From Bacillales bacterium UBA4855 (GTDB lineage Bacteria > Bacillota_I > Bacilli_A > RFN20 > CAG-826): a DNA stretch of 64,000 bases. The stretch is taken from the NCBI GenBank assembly GCA_002399785.1, contig DHEH01000010.1, positions 68,106 through 132,105 of the forward strand. The letters are read 5' to 3'. The notes under the pieces are model-generated. The model was not told where the DNA came from. It made no database searches and was given only the letters and a program-made list of their open reading frames with translations. A program made the translations under genes and the position numbers. Positions 10,692 through 23,599 of the stretch are shown in pieces. Numbering within the stretch: position 1 is the first letter of the stretch; every line of letters begins with the position of its first letter.

Positions 10692-13205
<2,514 letters not shown>

Positions 13206-13286
13206 TTATTTAGTTAATTATTAGTAGAATAATAGGAGAACGTCGTTGATGCTCTCCTATTAGTATTTAGAAAGGAGCATTCTAAA

Positions 13287-14453
13287 ATGGCTCAATCAAA
13301 AAGAGATTATTATGAGGTGCTTGGTATTGACAAAAGCGCTTCACAAGACGATATAAAGAAAGCGTATAGATCACTTGCAAAGAAGTATCATCCAGACAAT
13401 AAAGAAACTGGTGATGCCGAAAAATTTAAAGAAGCAACTGAAGCTTATAGTGTTTTAAGCGATGATAGTAAACGTAAAACTTACGATCAATTTGGTGCGG
13501 CAGCTTTCGATCAAACTGCTGGTGGTCAAAATCCATTCGCTGGTAGCGGATTTGATGGTTTTAACTTCAATTCCGATAGCGGTGATTTCGGGAACTTAAA
13601 CGATTTATTTAGACAAATGTTTGGTGGAGCTGGTTTCGGAGGTAGTTCTTCAAGTTACAGTCGTAACAGCCGTGGTGGCGCAAACCGTGGCGAAGACACA
13701 TTAATGAGAATCCGAATCAATTTTATGGATGCAATTAATGGAAAAACAGTCTCTATTCCGCTAACTTACGATGAAAAATGCACAGATTGTAATGGCACTG
13801 GAGCAAAAAATGGTACTGAATTTGAAACTTGCAGTACCTGTGGTGGTCATGGAAGAGTAATTTCTCAACAAAGAACAATTTTTGGCATAATGCAACAAGA
13901 AACTGTATGTCCAGAATGTGGAGGAACAGGGAAAAAGATTAAGACTAAGTGTCCAACCTGCAATGGTGCTGGTTACTTTCATGTCAAAAAGAATGTCGAC
14001 GTCACAATTCCAGCTGGAATAAATGATGGTCAACAAATTAGATTGCAAGGCAAAGGTGAGCGCGGAAGTAATGGTGGTCCTAACGGAGATTTATACATCG
14101 AAATTGTCGTTCAAAACAATACATCATTTGTAAGAAAATCAAACGATATTTATATTGATATGGACGTCGATTTTGTTTCTTGTTGTTTGGGAGATGAATT
14201 AACAGTTCCAACTGTATATGGTGATGTTGAATTAAAGATTCCTGCTGGCACTCAATCAGGTCAAACATTTAGATTAAAAAACAAGGGTGTTAAGGATGTT
14301 CGTGGATCAACTTATGGCGATGAATACATAAAAATAAACGTAAAAATCCCAACATATATTAACGAAAAACAAAAGAAGGCACTTGAAGATTATAAAGCTG
14401 CAAGTGACAAAGACTCTTTCAAAGATAAATTTAAAAGAGCTTTTAAAAAATAG
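13287..14453 (+). CDS. dnaJ: Chaperone DnaJ
   Basis: J domain with HPD (YHPDN), G/F-rich region, four CxxCxGxG zinc-finger repeats. Confidence 0.97.
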   Translation: MAQSKRDYYEVLGIDKSASQDDIKKAYRSLAKKYHPDNKETGDAEKFKEATEAYSVLSDDSKRKTYDQFGAAAFDQTAGGQNPFAGSGFDGFNFNSDSGDFGNLNDLFRQMFGGAGFGGSSSSYSRNSRGGANRGEDTLMRIRINFMDAINGKTVSIPLTYDEKCTDCNGTGAKNGTEFETCSTCGGHGRVISQQRTIFGIMQQETVCPECGGTGKKIKTKCPTCNGAGYFHVKKNVDVTIPAGINDGQQIRLQGKGERGSNGGPNGDLYIEIVVQNNTSFVRKSNDIYIDMDVDFVSCCLGDELTVPTVYGDVELKIPAGTQSGQTFRLKNKGVKDVRGSTYGDEYIKINVKIPTYINEKQKKALEDYKAASDKDSFKDKFKRAFKK

Positions 14454-14457
14454 CGAG

Positions 14458-14488
14458 AAATGCACTAAAAATTGGTGCATTTTTTGTT
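14458..14488 (+). terminator. Rho-independent terminator after dnaJ
   Basis: AAATGCAC-N9-GTGCATTTTTTG hairpin plus T-run. Confidence 0.75.
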
Positions 14489-14545
14489 ATAATAGATTAA
14501 CATAAGTATTATTAATATACTGAAAACGGAAGCAGAGGATTTATT

Positions 14546-14989
14546 ATGCCAAAATGTAAAAACTGTGGTGAAAATATTACTAAATTTGATAAAGAAATTT
14601 GTCCATATTGTGGATGCAAACATCCTTTAGATGAAGAAAGCGCTGAAACATGTGATGTTACTCAAACTATAGAAACAATGGAGAATACTGATCCAGATAT
14701 TTCTTATGAAGTTCATAAAAAGAGTATTACGTCGATTCTAGGCTTGTTTTTAGGCATTGCTGGAGCTGATGCTTTCTATCTTGGTTTTATAAAAGAAGGT
14801 ATTATTCGTTGTGTTTTATCAGTTACCGGATTAGGTTTAGCTTTTATTTTATTCTTTTTCGCTTTTCATTTATCAGTAGGATTATCAATTAGTTTTGCTT
14901 GCATGACAATTTATTTAATTTCAGTTATTGTTGGTTTAATTCTTATTTTTGTAAGAAAAAAAGATAAAAACGGAGTCTATTTAAGATAA
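14546..14989 (+). CDS. Zinc-ribbon / TM2-domain membrane protein
   Basis: N-terminal CxxC...CxxC ribbon (CKNCG...CPYCGC), then two hydrophobic helices with a TM2-like GxAGADAFYLG motif. Confidence 0.55.
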   Translation: MPKCKNCGENITKFDKEICPYCGCKHPLDEESAETCDVTQTIETMENTDPDISYEVHKKSITSILGLFLGIAGADAFYLGFIKEGIIRCVLSVTGLGLAFILFFFAFHLSVGLSISFACMTIYLISVIVGLILIFVRKKDKNGVYLR

Positions 14990-14991
14990 TT

Positions 14992-15717
14992 ATGCAAAGA
15001 TATTTTGCTACTTATGATTCAAATAATAATATAGTTTTTTTACCAGATGACATTTTTCATATGTCCCACGTAATGCGTATGAAACAAGGAGACAAAGTGG
15101 AAGTTAATTGTGATGGTGATTTATTTGTTGTCGAAATCGAGAGTTTTACACCATTTAAATTCTCCATATTAAACAAAATAATTGAAAATCATGAATTAAA
15201 TGGTTTTGTGAGGCTTCTTTATTGTCTTCCAAAAGGCGAAAAAACTGATTTAGTGATTCAAAAAGCTACCGAATTAGGAGTTGACGAAGTTGTTTTAATT
15301 AATTCAACTCGTTCAGTATCTAAAATAAACAACGATAACATCGACAAAAAAATTGTTAGATATAATAAAATCATTAAAGAAGCGAGTGAGCAATCAAAAC
15401 GCAATAAGTTAATGAAACTTACTGATGTTATCACTTTTAAAGATCTTAAAAATTATCCTGGTGATTATAATTTTATTGCTTATGAAGCCACACAAAACAA
15501 TTTAAACGATTTAAAAAATATTTTTTTGAATAATGATTTTACTAACAAAACTATTAATATAATTATCGGAGCTGAAGGCGGTTTAACTAAAGAAGAGGTG
15601 GATATTGCGATGAAACTTGGTTACACCGAAATAAGTTTAGGTAAACGAATTTTAAGAAGTGAGACAGCTTCTATATATATTTTGTCGTTAATATCTTTCT
15701 TTTTAGAGAGTAAATAA
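14992..15717 (+). CDS. rsmE: 16S rRNA (uracil1498-N3)-methyltransferase RsmE
   Basis: 241 aa; C-terminal GAEGGLTKEE / SLG motif of the RsmE (YqeU) family. Synteny dnaJ...rsmE-mtaB. Confidence 0.8.
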   Translation: MQRYFATYDSNNNIVFLPDDIFHMSHVMRMKQGDKVEVNCDGDLFVVEIESFTPFKFSILNKIIENHELNGFVRLLYCLPKGEKTDLVIQKATELGVDEVVLINSTRSVSKINNDNIDKKIVRYNKIIKEASEQSKRNKLMKLTDVITFKDLKNYPGDYNFIAYEATQNNLNDLKNIFLNNDFTNKTINIIIGAEGGLTKEEVDIAMKLGYTEISLGKRILRSETASIYILSLISFFLESK

Positions 15718-15718
15718 T

Positions 15719-16480
15719 ATGGGTGAATTATTTAAAGTATTAAAACAACATAGAGATACCAAGTTTATCAACAAATCTTCTGAACTTGAGTTTTTTTATA
15801 AAAATAGATTTTTGTTAAAAATGAATCAAATGGGTAGTAAATTATATGATTCTAGCGACTTATTTGACATTATTAAGGCTAATATTATTATAAAAGCTCT
15901 AAAAAATAAGGACGATATAGATCAAATTATTCATGAAGAATTAATTAATCATGGAAATTTAGGAGATCCATCCATTAAAGAGAATATTTCTGAAAAATTA
16001 CTCGATTTACCATGCATTTTCTTTAATACTTACAAAGTTTATATTCCGTTTTTCAATCAACCAACAAATATTGTTTATAGTAGTGATTTTGAAAAATTAC
16101 AGGAAGAGCCATATAACTCGATTGATAAAAATTTTGTTCCTTTTACGGTCAATCCATTCGAAATTTATAATTCAAATCTTTTTGATTCGACTTTTACCGA
16201 ACTGATTAGGATTGATGAAGATTTAACTTCGGTAGCTTTTTATGATTATTCGTTTAATACTTTGTTTTTTATTAATAAACAAGGCAGTTTGGATGCCGCC
16301 ATATATTTATTTGATAGACATATGAAACATCCAAGTAGGTCGAATGTTGTTGATAGATTAAGGCCGATTGTTAGTGCATATTACGACAATCGTTTAAACG
16401 ATTTTGTTAATCTCATGTTTAGTAACGATTTAATAAGTTATAAATTATATAGAAAGATTTGTAAGGTGAAAAAATTATGA
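15719..16480 (+). CDS. Hypothetical protein
   Basis: 253 aa, no recognisable motif; tightly packed between rsmE and mtaB, with 1-nt and 4-nt junctions. Confidence 0.4.
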   Translation: MGELFKVLKQHRDTKFINKSSELEFFYKNRFLLKMNQMGSKLYDSSDLFDIIKANIIIKALKNKDDIDQIIHEELINHGNLGDPSIKENISEKLLDLPCIFFNTYKVYIPFFNQPTNIVYSSDFEKLQEEPYNSIDKNFVPFTVNPFEIYNSNLFDSTFTELIRIDEDLTSVAFYDYSFNTLFFINKQGSLDAAIYLFDRHMKHPSRSNVVDRLRPIVSAYYDNRLNDFVNLMFSNDLISYKLYRKICKVKKL

Positions 16481-17787
16481 CATTTTTAATAGATTTTCTT
16501 GGTTGCAAGGTTAATTCGTATGAAGTCGAGTGTATCGGTGATCTTTTAATTAAAAACGGGTATACCGAATGGGTCAAAAAACCATTTCAAAAAGAACCAG
16601 ACGTAGTAATCATAAATACTTGTGCTGTCACTGAAACAAGTACGGCAAAAGATAGAAAAATGATTCGTCAATATAGAAGACAATATAAAAAAGCCATCCT
16701 AATCGTTATGGGTTGCTATTCTCAATACGACTATGATTTAATATCTGAAGAATTAAATGCAGATATCGTCTTAGGTACAGCTAATAGAGAAAAGATAATC
16801 GAATATATCGAACAATTTAAAAAAGATAAAAAACCAATTATTGATCATGTTAAAAATAACGATATAAAAAAATATGAAGAATTAAACCTATTTTCGTCCT
16901 TATTAACAACTCGTGTTTACTTAAAAATACAAGATGGATGCGACAATTATTGTACCTATTGTTTAATTCCTTACATCAGAGGAAGATCGAGAAGTAGAAG
17001 TAAACCAGAGATTCTAAAAGAAGTAAAAATCTTAATTGCTTCAGGTTACAAAGAAATTATTTTGACCGGAATCGACATGTCCAGTTATGGTGAAGATCTA
17101 TATAAAGATTATGGTTTAAGCGATTTAATTGAAGATATTTTAAAAGACAATCCAGATTTATACCGTTTACGCATTTCTAGTCTTGAAGCTAGTAAAATTG
17201 ATGATAAATTCATTAAATTATTAGAAAAATACCCAAATTTTGCTAATCATTTACATATTCCTCTCCAAAGCGCTTCAATTAATGTCTTAAAAAAGATGAA
17301 TAGACAATACGATATTAATGGTTTTAAAGATAAGATTGCAAAAATACGTAAAGTAAGACCAGATATATCAATTACAACTGATGTAATAGTGGGTTTTCCA
17401 ACTGAATTAGATGATGATTTTAACGATACTTTTCAATTTTGTAAGAAAATAAAGTTTAGTAAGATTCATGTTTTCCCTTATTCGAGTCGTGAAGGAACAA
17501 TTGCTAGTAAATATGTTTCAGATATTTCCGATTTTGATAAAAAAGTCCGTGTTACTAAATTAATTGCTTTAAGTGATGAATTAGAACTTAGTTATAGTAA
17601 AAAATTTAACGGTAAAACAATGGAGTTTTTACTTGAAAAATATGACGAAAAAAAGAAAACATATCATTGTCATTCATCAAATCATCTTGAATATTTTTAT
17701 AAAAGTGACCAAGCCAATCTTACTGGTAAAATAATTTCAATAAAATATGATTCTAATACTACATTTTTTGACATTGTCAAAAAGTAA
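16477..17787 (+). CDS. mtaB: tRNA methylthiotransferase MtaB/MiaB-like (radical SAM, TRAM domain)
   Basis: MTTase N-domain Cys (C..C..C), radical SAM CDNYCTYC; position equivalent to B. subtilis yqeV. Confidence 0.85.
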   Translation: MTFLIDFLGCKVNSYEVECIGDLLIKNGYTEWVKKPFQKEPDVVIINTCAVTETSTAKDRKMIRQYRRQYKKAILIVMGCYSQYDYDLISEELNADIVLGTANREKIIEYIEQFKKDKKPIIDHVKNNDIKKYEELNLFSSLLTTRVYLKIQDGCDNYCTYCLIPYIRGRSRSRSKPEILKEVKILIASGYKEIILTGIDMSSYGEDLYKDYGLSDLIEDILKDNPDLYRLRISSLEASKIDDKFIKLLEKYPNFANHLHIPLQSASINVLKKMNRQYDINGFKDKIAKIRKVRPDISITTDVIVGFPTELDDDFNDTFQFCKKIKFSKIHVFPYSSREGTIASKYVSDISDFDKKVRVTKLIALSDELELSYSKKFNGKTMEFLLEKYDEKKKTYHCHSSNHLEYFYKSDQANLTGKIISIKYDSNTTFFDIVKK

Positions 17788-17898
17788 ATAAGTCGATGTA
17801 ATCGAAATAATATAAACATTTTTTGAATATATCAAAAAACTATTTGATTATCAAATTGTAAAGAATATAATAATAAAGCAAATAAAAGGAGATTTAAT

Positions 17899-18090
17899 AT
17901 GGCAGTCCCATTTAGAAGAACTAGTAAAACTACAAAAAGAATGAGAAGAACTCATTACAAACTCGAAGTTTCTGGAATTACAACTTGCCCACACTGTGGT
18001 GCAATGATCCATTCACATACAGTTTGCCCAAAATGTGGTTATTACGATGGCAAACAAGTAATTAAAGTTAGCGAAAAGAAAGCCGACTAA
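17899..18090 (+). CDS. rpmF: 50S ribosomal protein L32
   Basis: [11 protein letters not shown]... with CPHCG...CPKCG zinc ribbon. Confidence 0.95.
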   Translation: MAVPFRRTSKTTKRMRRTHYKLEVSGITTCPHCGAMIHSHTVCPKCGYYDGKQVIKVSEKKAD

Positions 18091-18107
18091 TTTACTTAAA
18101 AAATCTA

Positions 18108-18130
18108 AGAAAGGCGCAAGCCTTTTTTTC
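18108..18130 (+). terminator. Rho-independent terminator after rpmF
   Basis: AAAGGC-GCAA-GCCTTTTTTT. Confidence 0.7.
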
Positions 18131-18249
18131 TTGCTTAAATTCAGTAAAAATAGTGAGAAATTCCAACATAAATTGTGTTCTTATAGTTGAATAAAAAAAT
18201 ACCAATATTATATATTTAACTTGTTATTTTATACATAGGAGGCTCTACA

Positions 18250-18741
18250 ATGAAGCTACAAGCAAAAGCGGAAAAACTTATTAGAAGTATTTGTCAAGAA
18301 TACAATAACGAACCTACACCTTTAATGATGATTTTATCCAAAATTCAAAAAGAATACGGATATATTCCTCTTGAAGTTCAAGAAATTATTAGTGAAGAAA
18401 TTCACATACCAGTGAGTGATATTTATGGTGTTGTTACATTTTACTCATTCTTTTCTTTAAAACCAAAAGGAAAATATGTAATTGGCGTTTGCTTAGGTAC
18501 TGCCTGTTACGTTAAAGGAAGCCAAACAATTATTGATAAATTTAGCGAAATATTAAAGATAAAAGCTGGAGAAACTACTCCTGATGGTTTATTTTCACTC
18601 GATGCTTTAAGATGTATCGGCGCTTGCGGTATTGCTCCTGCTATTAGTATTAATGGAAAAGTTTACCCAAAGGTTACAGCTAATAAAGTTATGAGCATCA
18701 TTGATGAATACAAAAAATTAGTAGCGGAGGATGCACAATAA
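18250..18741 (+). CDS. NuoE-like 2Fe-2S thioredoxin-fold subunit of NADH-dependent [FeFe] hydrogenase (HydC/HndA)
   Basis: 163 aa; Cys pattern C..C...C...C of the NuoE/HoxE family. Confidence 0.8.
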   Translation: MKLQAKAEKLIRSICQEYNNEPTPLMMILSKIQKEYGYIPLEVQEIISEEIHIPVSDIYGVVTFYSFFSLKPKGKYVIGVCLGTACYVKGSQTIIDKFSEILKIKAGETTPDGLFSLDALRCIGACGIAPAISINGKVYPKVTANKVMSIIDEYKKLVAEDAQ

Positions 18742-20618
18742 TGAGTACAACTATCAAAACACCTGAAGAATTAAGAATGAAAACGGAGCATTGCGCTTCA
18801 TGTTTAAACAAAAAATTTCATTGTGAAAACGGAAAAAGAGCTATCGTTGTTTGTGGTGGAACTGGATGTATGTCATTCGATTCTCAAGAAATTAAAGAAA
18901 GATTAAGCAAAATTATTAAAGAAAAAGGCTTAGAAGAAAAAATAAGCGTAAATTTTGTTGAATGCTTTGGTTTTTGTTCGCAAGGTCCTTTTGTAAAGAT
19001 TTTCCCTGAAGATACTTTATATCGTATGGTTCAAGTATCTGATGTCGATAAAATTATCGAACAAGATATTATTGGTGGAAAAGTTGTTGATGAACTTTTA
19101 TACATTGATCCAGTAACTAAAGAACACGTTCAAAAACAAGACGATATCAATTTTTATAAAAAACAAATGAGAATTGCTCTTCATGGTTGCGGAGTTATCA
19201 ATCCTGAAGATATTAACGAGGCTTTAGGTTATCAAGGTTTAGAAGCTTTATTAAAAGTTTTAACAATAATGAAACCTCAAGATGTCATTGATGAAATTTT
19301 GGCGAGCGGATTGAGAGGAAGAGGCGGCGGCGGATTCCCTGCTGGTAGAAAATGGCAATTTGCTCACGACCAAAAGAATGATAATAAATATGTTGTTTGT
19401 AATGGTTATGAAGGAGATCCAGGTGCTTTCATGGATAGATCAATTCTTGAAGGAAACCCACTCGATGTTATTGAAGGTATGATGATTGCAGGATATGCTA
19501 TCGGTGCTAAAAATGGTTATTTCTACGTTAGAGCCGAATATCCAATAGCTGTTAAAAGACTTCGAATTGCAATAAAAGAAATGGAAGACCTTGGCTTACT
19601 AGGTGATAACATCTTAGGAACCAATTTCTCATTTAGAGCTCATATAAGATTAGGAGCAGGTGCTTTCGTTTGTGGCGAAGAAACTGCATTATTAAATTCA
19701 ATTGAAGGTAAACGTGGTATGCCACGTCCAAGACCTCCATTTCCAGCCGTTAAAGGATTATGGGGTAGACCAACCATTATTAATAACGTAGAAACTCTAG
19801 CAAATGTACCTCATATCATTAGAGAAGGAAGTAAAAAATTTGCTAGCATTGGTACTGAAAAATCTAAAGGAACAAAAGTTTTTGCTTTAAGTGGAAAAGT
19901 TAATAATGTTGGCTTAGTCGAAGTTCCAATGGGAACAACATTAAGAGAATTAATTTTTGATATCGGTGGAGGAATTCCAAACAATAAAGCCTTTAAAGCT
20001 ATTCAAACTGGTGGCCCATCCGGCGGCTGTTTAACTATGGCTGATTTAAATACACCAATTGATTACGATAACTTAATTGCTGCTGGTTCTATGATGGGAT
20101 CAGGCGGAGCTATCGTTATGGATGAAGATAACTGTATGGTTGATGTCGCAAAATTCTATATGGAATTTATTTGTGATGAATCATGCGGAAAATGTTCTCC
20201 ATGCAGAATCAGTACAAGAAGAATGCTTGAAATGTTAACTGATATTACCGAAGGAAGAGGAACCGAAGATACTTTATACCAACTTCAATATTTAGCTGAA
20301 GTTGTTAAGGGTGGCTCTTTATGTGGATTAGGTAAAACTTCAGCTAACCCAATTCTTTCAACCATGAAAAAATTTCCTTAAGAATACCATCAACACGTTG
20401 TTGATAAAAAATGTGCAGCACATGTTTGTAAGAATTTAATTTCTTTCCATATTGATGCTTATAAATGTAAAAAATGCTCGCTCTGTGCAAGAAATTGTCC
20501 AGTTAATGCTATTACCGGTGAAATAGGTAAGGTTCCTTACGTTATTGATTCCGATAAATGTATTAAGTGTAGATTATGCTTCAGTAACTGCAAATTTGGC
20601 GCAGTCATAAAAGATTAA
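18741..20618 (+). pseudogene. NuoF-like flavoprotein subunit of [FeFe] hydrogenase (HydB/HndC), interrupted by an in-frame TAA at 20379-20381
   Basis: NuoF core (GLRGRGGGGFPAG FMN/NAD site, CGKCSPCR). After the TAA the same frame continues with no ATG or RBS for 78 codons. These encode two CxxCxxCxxxCP [4Fe-4S] ferredoxin motifs, the normal C-terminus of HydB. Confidence 0.7.
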
Positions 20619-20631
20619 GGAGGAAACAAAA

Positions 20632-22401
20632 AATGGATAAAATTAATATTAAAATCGAGGGTCTCCCTTATCAAGTAGATGCCGGTTTAACAATTCTTTA
20701 AGCAGCAAAACAATGTGGGTACGATATTCCTTCTCTATGTTCTTATAAAAAAGGTGAGTGTTCATTAGCTTCGTGCCGTGTTTGCCTTGTTGAAGTTAAA
20801 GGTGCTAGAAGTTTAGTTGCTTCTTGTGTTTATCCAGTTAACGAAGGCATGGAAATTATGATTTCTTCTCCAAAAGCAATTGCCGCAAGAAGAACATCTG
20901 TTGAATTATTATTGAGTAATCACAACAAAAATTGTCAACAATGTATTAAAAACGACGAATGTGAATTACTTTATGCTGCTAAGCAAGTTGGTGCACGCGA
21001 AGGAATGTTTGTGGGTTCAAAATCAGAATCCTTTAAAGATGAAATAGCTCCTGGAATTGTAAGAGATACATCAAAATGTATTTTATGCGGACGTTGTGTT
21101 GTTAGATGCAAACAAGCCCACGGAATTTCAATTTTAGGTTTTGAAAAAAGAGGATTTAAAACAATTGTTGGTCCTGCCGGAAATCTTAGTTTTGCAAATT
21201 CACCATGTTTACAATGTGGTCAATGTGTTCTTGTTTGCCCAACTGGTGCTTTAGAAGAACATTCTGAAATTAGTAAAGTCGATCAAGCTTTTAAAAATGG
21301 AAAATATGTCATTGTTCAAACTGCTCCAGCAGTTAGAGCTGCCATTGCTGAAGAATTTGGTGCTAAAATTGGAACTGTTGCCACTGGGAAAATGGTGGCA
21401 GCTCTTCATAGATTAGGTTTTTATAGAGTTTTTGACACCAATTTTGGTGCTGATTTAACCATTATAGAAGAGGCTAACGAACTTCTTAACAGAATTAAAG
21501 GAGAAGAAGCTTTACCTCAAATAACTTCTTGCTCTCCAGGTTGGATTAATTATTGTGAATTCTTTTATCCTCAATTATTACCATATGTTTCAAGTTGCAA
21601 ATCGCCACATGAAATGATGGGAGCTATTATAAAATCATATTTTGCTAAAAAACATAATATTGATCCAAAAGATATATTTGTTGTTTCGATTATGCCATGT
21701 ACAGCGAAAAAATACGAAAAACAAAGACCTCAAAATTCAGTTGATGGACTTCAAGATGTCGATGCAGTCTTAACTACACGTGAATTAGGTCGTTTAATTA
21801 AAAGAAGTGGTATCGTTTGGAATAAATTAAAAGATGAAGAATTCGATCAACATTTACTTGGAGAATATTCAGGTGCTGGCGCAATTTTCGGTGTTACAGG
21901 CGGAGTTATGGAAGCTGCTTTTAGAACTGCTTATTTTGCTTTAGAAGGTAAAGAATATGAAAAAATCAACTTTACTGAAGTAAGAGGTTTAAAAGGTGTT
22001 AGAGAAGCAACTGTTCATATGGGTGGTATGGATGTCAAAGTTGCTATGGCAAGTGGTATGAGTTATGCTAAACCATTGCTTTATCAAATTGATACCGGAA
22101 CATCACCATATACCTTTATCGAAATTATGTTTTGTCCTGGTGGATGTGTTAACGGTGGAAGTCAACCATTCGTTAAAACTGTTTTCTTACCAAATGAAGA
22201 CGACGATATCTTAGAAACTTATGTCCAAAGAGAGCGAATGTCTTATATAGTGAAGACGAAAGACAAGTTATACGTCAATCACACAATAATCCTGATATAC
22301 AAAAATTATATAAAGAGTTCCTTGGTGAGCCATGTGGCGAAAAAGCTCACAAATTACTTCATACAACTTTTGTTAAAGACAGGCAAAGATACAAAGAATA
22401 A
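20632..22401 (+). pseudogene. hydA: [FeFe] hydrogenase catalytic subunit HydA with in-frame TAA at 20698-20700 and a frameshift near 22229-22234
   Basis: RBS AAGGAGG then MDKINIKIEGLPYQVDAGLTIL-TAA-AAKQCGYDIPSLC, where conserved TILEAA is expected. H-cluster motifs are intact (TSCSPGW, MPCTAKK, CPGGCVNGG). The conserved tail RANVLYSEDE...NPDIQKLYKEFLGEP...KAHKLLH reads in the +2 frame after an (AG)3 tract. Confidence 0.7.
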
Positions 22402-22403
22402 AT

Positions 22404-22441
22404 TAATAAATAGAGGGAAATTTAACCCTCTATTTATTTAA
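22404..22441 (+). terminator. Rho-independent terminator after hydA
   Basis: AATAAATAGAGGG-AAATTTAA-CCCTCTATTTATTT. Confidence 0.75.
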
Positions 22442-22486
22442 TGATTTTATCGATATAAACTTATATAATAATAAAAAGGAGTTTTT

Positions 22487-23122
22487 ATGAACTACAATAA
22501 ATTTATTGATAATACTTTATTAAAAGCTGATACTACCAAAGCGGAAATCAAGGCATTATGCGAAGAGTCGAAAAAATTTGATTTCAAATCATGTTGTGTT
22601 AATCCAGATATGATTGGCTGGACAAACGAATGCTTAAAAGGAAGCGATGTTCTCACTTGTGTCGTTATCGGTTTCCCATTAGGAAGCATGACTACAGATG
22701 CTAAAGTTTTTGAAGCGAGCGATGCAATCAAAAAAGGTGCTGATGAAGTTGATATGGTCATTAATATAAGCGAATTAAAAGATCACAACGATAAATATGT
22801 CGAAAACGAAATTCGCGAAATTAAAAAAGCTTGTGGTGATCACACTTTAAAAGTAATTATTGAGTGCTGTTTATTAACAGATGATGAAAAAATTAGAGCT
22901 TGTTTAGCGGCTAAAGCTGCTGGTGCTGATTTTGTAAAAACATCAACTGGATTCTCAAAATGGGGAGCAAAAGTTGAAGATGTTGCTTTAATGCGCAAAA
23001 CTGTTGGTCCAGTTATGGGAGTTAAAGCTGCCGGTGGAGTAAGAACACATGAAGAGATGGTTGAGATGATTGAAGCGGGAGCAACAAGAATCGGAACAAG
23101 TAGTGGCGCTAAATTAATGTAA
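22487..23122 (+). CDS. deoC: Deoxyribose-phosphate aldolase
   Basis: 211 aa; DeoC signature with catalytic Lys (DFVKTSTGF), VIGFPLG. Confidence 0.9.
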   Translation: MNYNKFIDNTLLKADTTKAEIKALCEESKKFDFKSCCVNPDMIGWTNECLKGSDVLTCVVIGFPLGSMTTDAKVFEASDAIKKGADEVDMVINISELKDHNDKYVENEIREIKKACGDHTLKVIIECCLLTDDEKIRACLAAKAAGADFVKTSTGFSKWGAKVEDVALMRKTVGPVMGVKAAGGVRTHEEMVEMIEAGATRIGTSSGAKLM

Positions 23123-23262
23123 TTATTCAAAACCAAGTATTTCAAAGTACATGGTTTTTTATATGTTTTTTACTTGTATTTATCGAAGAAATACAATATT
23201 TATTGCTTTGCATTTATATTTATAGTATTATAAGAAAGCGATTTCGGAAGGTGGTGAGAAAA

Positions 23263-23436
23263 ATGTCAAAAGTAGTAATTAGAGACGGTGAAACACTTGA
23301 TGAAGCTTTAAGAAGATTTAAAAGACAAGTCAATAAAGCTGGAACCATCCAAGAATGCCGCAAAAGAGAATGCTTCTATAAGAAAAATCTTAAAAGAAAA
23401 ATGAAATCTGAAGCAGCAAGAAAGAAATATAGATAA
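23263..23436 (+). CDS. rpsU: 30S ribosomal protein S21
   Basis: [23 protein letters not shown]...; start at the internal ATG behind AAGGTGG. Confidence 0.9.
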   Translation: MSKVVIRDGETLDEALRRFKRQVNKAGTIQECRKRECFYKKNLKRKMKSEAARKKYR

Positions 23437-23449
23437 ATTTCAAAAATAA

Positions 23450-23482
23450 AAGGACAATTGTAAAAATTGTTCTTTTTTTATT
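23450..23482 (+). terminator. Rho-independent terminator after rpsU
   Basis: GGACAATTG-TAAAA-ATTGTTC followed by TTTTTTT. Confidence 0.65.
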
Positions 23483-23599
23483 TTTTCTTCTTAATTTTTG
23501 AACTTAATAGACATCTTGTATGTGAAGGGCAAGAAAAATCTAATAATTATCCCCCACCAAAGTTGGATCTTCTTGCCCTGAAACATAAAGGAGTCTTAT

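Noticed and set aside
22260-22441. Frame-0 tail of the hydA ORF (…MSYIVKTKDKLYVNHTIILIYKNY…NPLFI) as the genuine C-terminus.
   Set aside because: The +2 frame over the same bases gives the conserved [FeFe]-hydrogenase tail (SEDE…NPDIQKLYKEFLGEP…KAHKLLH). The frame-0 tail also runs through the terminator hairpin. Interpreted as a frameshift artefact.
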